Positions 54,556 through 64,000 of a DNA stretch of 64,000 nt are shown here, piece after piece. The stretch lies in assembly GCA_030141605.1 (NCBI GenBank), contig JAQGDQ010000037.1, positions 868,001 through 932,000 of the forward strand. The letters are read 5' to 3'. The position numbers and the translations under genes were made by a program. The first letter of the stretch is position 1; every line of letters starts with the position of its first letter. The stretch comes from Tubiluchus corallicola. Lineage: Eukaryota; Animalia; Priapulida. The notes beneath the pieces were generated by a model that saw nothing but the letters and a program-made list of their open reading frames with translations, was not told the DNA's origin and made no database searches.

Positions 54556-54627
<72 letters not shown>
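54556..54627. repeat. (AAT)n microsatellite, possibly a plus-strand LINE 3' tail
   Basis: ~24 AAT units preceded by GTTCTGAA. A similar GTTCTGAATAAATAATAAT end marks the CR1 relic at ~57770 on the minus strand. Confidence 0.9.
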
Positions 54628-54628
<1 letters not shown>

Positions 54629-55021
54629 GGAATAGGATAAAAAAGAACAGCAAATGTACAAGCTTAGGTCAGTTATTTTCAAGTCCTTAAATATGCTCTA
54701 TTAAATTGATAGAATGACTTTTCAGTTTACTTTTTAAAATAATTAGATATATTTTCCTGCTTTGAGCCGCTAATTTAAACTTAACAGTAAACACAATTCT
54801 GGCATCGACACAAGACAGACTTACGTATGCAATAAAATCAACTAAAATCGTCACCCAGTTTCTCAACTGAGGTTGGACCAACTTTACTGATATTTGCATT
54901 TGTCATGAAACTTTTCATAATTATACAATTCAGCGCAGCCCCTAAGTCTCTTTCAGCAACTAATGCAATGTATTTTGATGGTTACAGTTATGGCGAGCCC
55001 GGAATCTAGTTAACCATCGAG

Positions 55022-55120
55022 GATAATTCGTTGAGATAAGGTACTGGAACTGTTGATAATTTGTTGAAATAAGGTACTGGAACTGTTGATAATTCGTTGA
55101 GATAAGGCACTGAAACTGTT
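55022..55120. repeat. 33-bp minisatellite, 3 copies
   Basis: Unit GATAATTCGTTGAGATAAGGTACTGGAACTGTT at 55022, 55055 and 55088, about 2 mismatches per copy. Confidence 0.9.
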
Positions 55121-56383
55121 GCAATTATATGAATACCACAAAACGTTCAGTGATCAAAAATAAGACCGGCCTCTTAGTACTCTTCTACACTCATCCAGGG
55201 TTACACCCTCAACTGAAATCAAACGAACAACTTCTCATTTTGCATTTTACTACTGTTTTAGTCAGAACAGATTCAATTAAAGTTGAACATGTGTCAGCTA
55301 GCTATGTATAACAAAATAACAAGTTTACAGAAACGCTGAACAAAATTTCTTTGGCAATATCTATGTGCAGTCTTTATCTCTTGAATCTCTTCCCAATATT
55401 ACACTCACGAGCTAATGTGTAGCTAAGTGACTCTTCTGCTTTAAGACATTAACATCATGTTTATCAAGACATTCTTGTCAAGCCAACAACAGCAAGGGGC
55501 AAGTTATTAGAAATGACGGAAACTTAGTTACTATATTGTTATTACCAAATCATGGCGAGTAGGCATCTTCAGTATCGTTAATCTCACGAGCAAATAAGGC
55601 TTATCTCACCATTATTAATGAGCCCTGTTATCAGCACAACGTCACGAGAAAACCTGCAAATGAAAAACCATGATGAATATTATGATTTTACCACGGCGTA
55701 TATCTTTATCATAATTTAGGAAACCCAACAAGCCTTCCAAAATCTTTTAACATGTTCAAGGTCAAGGATTATTTGAATGTACGACTTTGAAACCCACCAT
55801 TTGATGACATCGTGCGACACACCAACAAACAAACAAACTATAAAAACGTGGTTTTTCAAAGCAACAGGTTTTAATTAACATAAATGGTGCGTCAACAGTC
55901 GTTACGATGAAGGGCGCTAGTGTAAGTTTCCAAGAATCCTTGGCAATTTTCGTATTAAAAAGTCGTCGAATGAAGCCATTACAGGTAATCTGATTGGCAA
56001 AATGTCATTGAAAGAAAACTGAAGGTTATCAGACGCTGACTATTATTAGATCTGCGTGTATGACAAGCAGATTTCATGAAATATGTATGAGAGACGATAA
56101 TGCTTTGACAGGTGTTCTTTTGCATCGAGATTAACGTCCATATTGGCGATTACTTACACAGGCCGCTTTGTTGAAGATACATGTAGGCTTATGGGGGCCT
56201 ATCATTAACACAGGAACTGACAAGTAAAAAAAATGTATGAAGTTAACTTTTGATTCAACTTAGTGTTAATTACTCAGATTCAAATAACTTTAAATTAAAA
56301 TTCTATATTTTAGGTTCACATGTAAGTATGCGAGCCTATGGTTCATCATTCACACTTATATTATGAAGTTGATATACATGTAT

Positions 56384-56563
56384 ATAATTATTTAATTAAT
56401 AATAAAAATAAAATAAATAGTATCTAAAAATTAATAATCTTTGTATAAATAATGAACCATTTATACTTATACATGTATAAGTATAAATGGTTCATTATTT
56501 ACACCAAGATTATTAATTTTTAGATACTATTTATTTTATTTAATTTATTAATTAAATAATTAT
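56384..56563. repeat. 180-bp AT-rich near-perfect palindrome without spacer
   Basis: Arms mirror around ACA|TGT (56473/56474), e.g. AATAATGAACCATTTATACTTATACA|TGTATAAGTATAAATGGTTCATTATT. Confidence 0.92.
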
Positions 56564-56599
56564 TTTATTTTTGGTACTATGCTGCTAGATCATAGGCAA

Positions 56600-57050
56600 T
56601 GTAGGACATGATCTTGGTGAAATAATGTTTTGTAGTAAGACACTGATTTGGAAAGCTAAAGTGAAATGTTTGAGAATTGACATAAAATCTAATAACCGTT
56701 TTAAAATGGACATTGCTATAAACAAAAACAAATTTTAAGCGTCTTTGAATTTCATATTGTCAACTCTAGGTGGGAGATGTAGTGAAATGGTGTCGAAACT
56801 TTGATGAATGCATTGTTTACCAATTCTGTTGTATGCAGTAGAAGTTAGCTCATTATCTTTCGGGCTAGAAAATATTTTTAAAAGTTTGTTGGAACACAGC
56901 CTATTGGAAGATTTTTAATTATAGCCGTAATGAGAGTGTTAAAGTTTTAATGAATTACTATAGTACCAACCTTGCAAAGTTTCTAATTGGTCGTAGAAGA
57001 TAAAATTTTATAAAGAAACTTGAGAATTCATGCTGTGATGATATCAGGTG
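56600..57050 (+). mobile_element. Degenerate LINE ORF2 C-terminal relic
   Basis: Fragments translate to HCLPILLYAVE and VCWNTAYWKIFNYSRNESVK, typical post-RT LINE motifs. Frame is broken. Boundaries approximate. Confidence 0.55.
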
Positions 57051-57759
57051 CGCATAGCGGATATTACGTGCCCTGATAATATTCAATTAATGTTATATTT
57101 AATTAACGATAGTCATTGTGAATTAAGAAGAAAGTATGGAATACCTTAAAGGTTTGATAATGTGAATGTCAAGAAGCTAGTCATTTAGTCATTAGTACTT
57201 TTAATGTATGTTTATAAGATTATTTGTGAAGAGAAAGTGAAAATTAACGATATTTTTATGCACATAATTTTTATAAATTGTTAATTTTATATGTGTAGAG
57301 CAAGCTAATTATCTCTCGTCATATTTTGTTTATTAAAATGCAGATCTTGCTGTATAGACTAATTTAAAAAAGGTAAATGGTCAATCATAGGTTATTTTAG
57401 AGATTCGGTGATAAGTAATACCCTACAAAGTAACGCAAATATTTGCACTGGTTCAGTTACAAAAAGCTTTCAAGGAATCGTAAAATCTCAAATATCTTTA
57501 AAAGTATTGGAACTTGCCGTAATTGAAGTAACAGTGAATTCAGAGGCGAATAGTTTGTTCAGCCAGTATTATTGTATGAAATAAGCCTCACCCACGTGAT
57601 TATCATTAAGTTCGATTGAACAAATGATATGTAGGAATGACGAAACACTAATGCATTTTAACACAGTATTTACGATAAACCATAGTAAACCGCAAATACG
57701 GATTCCTAATGTAAAATCGCGGGAGAATATAAAAAGTGCATTAATTACTATTTACTTTT

Positions 57760-58320
57760 ATTATTATTTATTCAGAACATTTATAAAATATACATTATTT
57801 TGTGAAATATGAGACTGGCAGGCTATATTAGCTCTTTAGCCAGCCTATTAATCTAATTTTAATTTTAATCTTAATCTAATCTTAATCTTAATCTACATTG
57901 TGAAGTGGCAATTAAAATACATCAGTTTATATTGGATAAAATTTCCGTTGCTTGCATTAAAAATACGATAAAAAATCAATAAAATATATACAATGTGCAA
58001 ATTTACCAAAAATTGGGAGAGGTCACTGAACCAAGATAAAATGTTTTATAAAAATCAATTAAATTTGCGATATTTTAACGAAAAAATTTTGGCTAACTTT
58101 CTACTGAAAGCCGATAGACTGGATGAATTGACAGTGTCATAACTGTGGTCATTCCATACACTACAAATTCTGTTTGAAAAAGCATATTTGTACAAGTTCA
58201 GTCCAGAAGAATTGATAAAGTTTGTAGTTATGTCCTCGCAAAGGTGGGAGCAAAAGTGAAGAAGTCGTCAGAATTTTAGTCTGTCAGTTTGTGCACAATC
58301 TTATGCACCATTTTTAAATA
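57760..58320 (-). mobile_element. CR1-type LINE 3' relic
   Basis: Minus strand encodes LRGHNYKLY and, after a frameshift, YAFSNRICSVWN...SSSLSAFSRKL (CR1 C-terminal motifs). It ends in an AATAAATAATAAT tail near 57765. Confidence 0.75.
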
Positions 58321-61048
58321 AAAAATAATGCGCCTCACTTCGGGTGGCTGCAAACCAGTTTCACTTACTTTACTCATGAAATGTGTCCCGTCAAAGAGCG
58401 GTAAAATAACGCTGAACCTTATGTAACGTAATAAAAATGCCTTTTAACCTATAAGTAAAAAAGCGAATAGCATTGCATCTATTACTACGCGATCAATTTG
58501 AATTATCCAATCACGTATTTAATGACGTAATTAAACTAATTTAGAATGCAAAGGCGTGTATATTAACTATAATGCGTAATCATCAGTCATTGAAATTCGA
58601 GCACAGGGATAATTTGATTAGGTGGTTTTCTTGCAATGAAAAAACGGAGTAGGCTTTTTGCAGATTAAATTCGTAGGAAAATTGCGCAATATCATATTTT
58701 ATATGACCGTGACTTTTATACCTGAATGTTAAATCTAAAATAAATTATAATAACATGTAAAATGTATGCGGTTATTGCATCTCTGCGCTCTTTTTATGTA
58801 ATCTGATTTAATAATGGGGCATCTTTTGGCAAAATTAATTTGTAGGCTTCTGAGCTTAGCACAGCGCAGTCCCACGTTTAAAACAGCGACAGTAGAATTG
58901 GAAATGCCTTTCATGTCACATATGTCAATAGAACCCACTATAAGCATTTCCAAGGTGATGTCATTTTATTATTACTTAGGCACAAAATTCCTAATATTCC
59001 TTAATAGCTGATTATCCCTTACTCAGTAGGAATTATTTTTATTATCAAAATTTCTGATATACTGATCGTAATTAGGCGAAATAACAGGAGTGCGCTATAT
59101 TGAGCTTCATTCTAACTTTAGATCATTCGGTCTGATGGTTTATAAGATTGTAGTGAATAAATTTGAAAATTGACCTCCACCCCATATAATGCGACAATTT
59201 CACATTTCGTTAAACAGATATGGCGATACCAAACTGATATTAAATATCGCCAAACTGATATTAAATATTGTGACAGCGGAAAATGTGTTTCTCTACTACT
59301 ACTTTCCATGTAGGAATGACCTCGACCGTGACGAAACCAGTCTATACTAGATTTAAATAGGGCCTCGTATGGACGCATTTCGTGTTACATCATTCATATC
59401 ATATTCAGATCATTCATATAGGGGATAACAGTATAGGAACCTAATCTTTGCAATATATTTTAGCCAAGACGGCCAGGGTTCAAATCTGGATTGATGAGAG
59501 TATCGATTGTTAGTAAGCAAGTCCAAAAAACGAGAAAGCAAATCAGAATTTTAAGGAATAACCTGACAGAATTTTTCTCTTGCTTCCTCTATACTGGCCG
59601 TTCTATAAAACAGGTAGTTGGATAGCATACGCACCTGCCCAGGCAACTGCTGAATCACGGGACCATTAATTACATGCTGGCGTACTTATAGCTGCCGATA
59701 TGCAATGGCTTCGTAAGAGACGATCTATTACAATGTAGCAGGGGGTACCTGAAAAACTGGCTTCAGTGCAATGTTAAATACTTATTAAATACCTATAAAA
59801 ACTGATTTAATCTGCATCTTTGACTGTGAAAAAATGAAACCACAATGCGACCTATAGAGTATGGCTGTAGATATGCAACATATCCCAAGGACACCAATGT
59901 TAGAAAGGCAATTTACACTTTTTATTTCAGTCTATTATTCGATACTTTACATAAGTATTTCACTTACAATGGTGTTAGCACTCAAGATTATTTACACGAT
60001 TAGTAATAAAAGAACAAAACGATAGTAAAAATCATTAATGGGCGTAATCAATAAGCCAGTTTTACCAATAAGAGCCAAATAATTCTGATATAATATGCAA
60101 GCAGTACAATCTTCCCACAAATTAACACGTAATTAATGTAGAATTGACTGCAGCTGTGCTGTGTTTGAATAATTAAAATAATTACCTTCTAAGCACTTGA
60201 TGCAGTCTCAGCCATGTTAACAAGTACCTACTGGTTTTTTTATTAAAGCGTTTTTCCTCACTGATCCCCTTGCAAAAATATTACATCCATTTTCTAACTG
60301 GATAAACTTGTGCATAGGGTGAGTGACAGCAGCTTGGAGAAGCAAGTTTTGTCTGCATATAGACATACACGTGTTTCAGCAACATGTATCAAGTACAAAT
60401 GGTAGTCAAATATAAAACGCTTGAAGCCAAATGGTGAGCACATGTCTATGGTCTGAGTTTCAATGACCAACTCCTGCTGTGCCCCAACATCCTTCACAAG
60501 TGTTGAGCTACTAATTGCTGGATTTAGATACTGAGACGCAAGCCTGAGTATTTGAGGGATGGTGCTGAATATTTAGTAGAATAGTTTAAACTAATGTTGT
60601 TTTGCACAGAATTTAAATCAGTTTCGGTTTTTCCAACTAAACAGTACTGCTATTAGTAATTCATGTTCCGAGGAATGTCGTTGTTCTCCCAGAGATCATT
60701 GATCTGTGCCAAGCGGCGCGTTGACCTGTACAAAAATCTCAAAATCTTTAATGCCAATTAGCAGGCAACTATTCCTAGAAATGTGCTTGTTTGTTTGTTA
60801 TAGATCAAATTTCAAAACCAACCGCAGCTTTTCCTTGTAATATTAATCACAACAAACGTCATACTGTCACAACAACAATTACCGACATGTGTTGCATCAT
60901 ATAATTAAACCAGACTTTGATATCAGTTCAGCACTCTTCTGCTCAATCTTCTGTGAGGATGTGGTTTAACATGCGCCATTTTACCGTCACATCAGATTTT
61001 GAGAAACAGTTTAAGATGAGAATAGGCAAGGCTTTTTATATAATATTA

Positions 61049-61251
<203 letters not shown>

Positions 61252-62779
61252 CTACCACAACGCATTGGCACATGTGGCACTCAGACGAGTGCAAATAGTT
61301 GTCATTGAACCACACGCTAATTAGATTTTTCTTGTTTCAGCACCGATGAAGCCATATATCTGGAACAGCTGGGTTTACTTCACAACTACGTGACGTCAGC
61401 GTTTATGTTGAACTACTAGATTAACAACGCGCATCGTAACTGCATCCACTTTAATGTATAGTGCCCGGTTATTAACCTTTCAAAGCGTAATTCTAAATGC
61501 ATAAAAAACAACCGAACGTACTAATGAATGTAGACTTTGCATAAATCACTAATTAGACTTAGACTTTAAATAAATCACTAATCACAGATGCATTACTATG
61601 TTAAAATTAGAAAGATATTTTTCAAGCAAAAGGATGTCGTCAGCGAGTCTAATTATCTTCCTTCCTTAATTATTTCCCATGTATGACGACAGCATGCAAT
61701 AGGCCCTGCAATGATGATATATAGTCATGGCTTCCTCGAACAAGAAGAAAACTTGTTAGCGACATAATTTCCCCAGCGAACAGCCACTGCAGTTTGAACA
61801 GCTTCGGTACAATTCATTCTGGCTTATATGTAGCCCTTAATCATCTGAAGTGACTTGACTTAAGCAATTAACTACATGCGCTCCATATAATCACAAAAAG
61901 CTTCGTTAATTGTAATGACTGGTCCGGGTGATATAATTACTGACTTCGCCATGCAACAATGAATTTTTTTCTGAGTGCAGAGGAAAGGCATTCAAAGCTA
62001 GATTATTACAGTAATGATGTACTAATAATTGTAAGTATAATGAGAATAAATGCATTATATAGAGACGTTCCTTTTTATGTATGCTTATTATTTACAATAT
62101 CTTCGTTATACGAGTAATGAGGTGCAGATACATAATATATAAATAAATAACAGATTTCCAGGCAAAGCCATCCAGTCTTTTGATAACTAAAAGCAAAACG
62201 AAACGAAGACAAATTGAATAAAAAGAAATCAAAAGAAACACAGAAAAACAAAATTCATGCAATCAATTTTCAATGTTATTAAGTCAGTGTTTATGTGCGG
62301 AAATCTACGCGCAAATATAAGTTATATTTGATATGAAGCCCCTAAGGGGCACGTAGAGAAAATTACTAATTCGTGGCCACGAGTTAATTTATCGTTGCCA
62401 CGAATTATTAATCCCCGTGCAGGATATACTAATTCGTGCAAACGCTATATTACAGCGTACGCAGGAATATACCTGCTGAAACATTAATACTCGCTCAGTA
62501 AGGCGTGTTTGCATTCGCTGTTTGCTTTCTAACAGGGCTGAGCATTCTCTATCACAAAGTAAGTTCAAATCGAATCGAATTTGTGACCCTCGAACTCGAA
62601 TCAAACCAAATTTCAGCACGTTTGAATCCCACATTCATCAACACTAATAAATTAATTGGCGTTTCACATTCAATTCAATCTCCACAATAGTTTTCTCAGT
62701 TTGTCCAACATCTCAAAACAGACTTTGACAGTAAATTACACATGTCAGAACTTCTCATTAAATAAACAAAGTTATCCAG

Positions 62780-63180
62780 TTATTAAAGTTCCAGTTATTA
62801 CAGTTGGCTTCGCATTGAACTATAGAGCGGGTCAAATTAGTACGTTTATTGTGAAAAAACATTACAATGTAACAAGCAGTGCGTTTCACCTTCGATAATA
62901 CCACAATTGTATGACTGACATAATCATTCATTAACCGGGATACTTTCATAAGGCCCTGTTTCAATTCTGAGGTGGGGCAGTGCCACATTTAAGTGACGCA
63001 AGTGATCTACGAAATTTTAAAGGCATAGGTTTCTGAAGGTAAGTAACGAAGTTAGTCTTGAATAGCTTGTAAATGCTATGATGAACCTGATGCGATGTGA
63101 CAACAAAATCAAGCCACGAGCAACTGTCATGCGCAGAACTAAAAGAATCGTTTACTAAAAGACAATTATCTGACATTACA
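62780..63180 (-). mobile_element. Internally deleted LINE relic (endonuclease fragment joined to C-terminal CCHC region)
   Basis: SAHDSCSWLDFVVTS (APE-like SxLD motif), then SLKCGTAP/LRIETG across a frameshift, then CQSYNCGIIEGETHCLLHC zinc knuckle. Confidence 0.6.
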
Positions 63181-63263
63181 TAACCGCTCCTTTAGCTTGT
63201 AGCTTCGTTAGTTGTACAATTCAGTTAATTACAATTTCTCTTATACTACATTCTTCTTATAAT

Positions 63264-63383
63264 TGCGCGTGCAGAAGTACAGACTTCTCTCGCAACTTGT
63301 TGCAACGTGCGAACGGCTTGGCAACTTCTCAGAAAGAAGTTGTGCAACAAGTTGCGAGAGAAGTCTCTACGTCTGAACGTGCC
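63264..63383. mobile_element. ~120-bp hairpin MITE (Harbinger-like)
   Basis: GCGCGTGCAGAAGTACAGACTTCTCTCGCAACTTGTTGCA pairs with TGCAACAAGTTGCGAGAGAAGTCTCTACGTCTGAACGTGC, flanked by TAAT/ATTA. Confidence 0.7.
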
Positions 63384-64000
63384 ATTACACATTTCAGTAA
63401 GACACGAGCAAATTCGCGAGTGGGATCAGCATTGAAATCTCCTACGAAATATACTGAATTAGTCGGTAGAAGTAGTGTCGGTAGTGCGGATAAATGTATT
63501 CTAAATTATCTAAACAATCTAACTGAACGTCATAATTATCTGGTATTTCATAAAGCATGTAGACTTGTAGACACTGACAATTATAAATTTTATGGAAAAA
63601 CGCTGGCCTGTAATCGGTAAACGTAAAAAGAATCATTCATTTCAAAAGTATCGACGGAAAGATTTTAAAAGATCTTTCTGCCAAAGAAAAGCTAAGCTCC
63701 CATAGTTGACACCCAACTAAAAATCCCTCGACTAAATCAATAGGTGAAGAGCCTTTGCCAAAAAAATTATGCTATATAAGTTTAGCTAAATCATCTCCTG
63801 ATTATTGTATCATTAAGCTCGCAAGGAGGTCTTTTACAATGATTTTACGAAGATTTTCGAAGATTTTGAGCATTTCTAACTGAGTAGTAATTAAACGCGA
63901 CAATCTTATAATTATTGCTATTGTTTATTTTATTTCAGACATTTAAAGTCCATAAAACAAGACTAAAAATAAGAATAGGAATAAGAATAGAATAGGGACA

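Noticed and set aside
54431-54640. Poly-Ile ORF
   Set aside because: Translation of the (AAT)n tract.
55022-55120. CRISPR-like 33-bp repeats
   Set aside because: Units are contiguous with no unique spacers, there are no cas genes, and the context is eukaryotic.
59465-59495. GGTTCAAATC B-box-like motif (tRNA or SINE)
   Set aside because: No A-box or cloverleaf could be built.
60294-60497. 67-aa minus-strand ORF as an extra gene or Dispatched exon
   Set aside because: No recognisable motif and no phase-compatible splice sites linking it to Dispatched.

Overview
AT-rich, intron-rich animal genomic DNA (protostome-like invertebrate, judged from the beta-spectrin N-terminus). There are no prokaryotic features. 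Three protein genes were reconstructed by hand from splice sites and reading-frame phase: (1) the last 8 coding exons of VPS39/Vam6 (+, 1-5893); (2) a complete conventional beta-spectrin (+, CDS 21494-46700, about 46 coding exons, about 2340 aa, probable non-coding first exon near 10.5 kb); (3) a Dispatched-family RND/SSD protein (-, 49589-53786, start codon unresolved), convergent with spectrin. Between VPS39 and spectrin lies a 5'-truncated L2/CR1-type LINE with an uninterrupted RT frame. The window also holds hAT-, pogo- and Harbinger-like MITEs, LINE relics, microsatellites and a 180-bp spacerless palindrome. Most notable: the Dispatched has a degenerate TM4 GxxxDD motif (VKVTND) and no furin consensus in ECD1; spectrin has an in-phase alternative 87-aa N-terminal exon, a cassette exon flanked by nine UGCAUG (RBFOX) motifs, a candidate microexon and two GC-AG introns. 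I did not find a clearly new multi-gene system. All family assignments rest on remembered motifs, not database searches.
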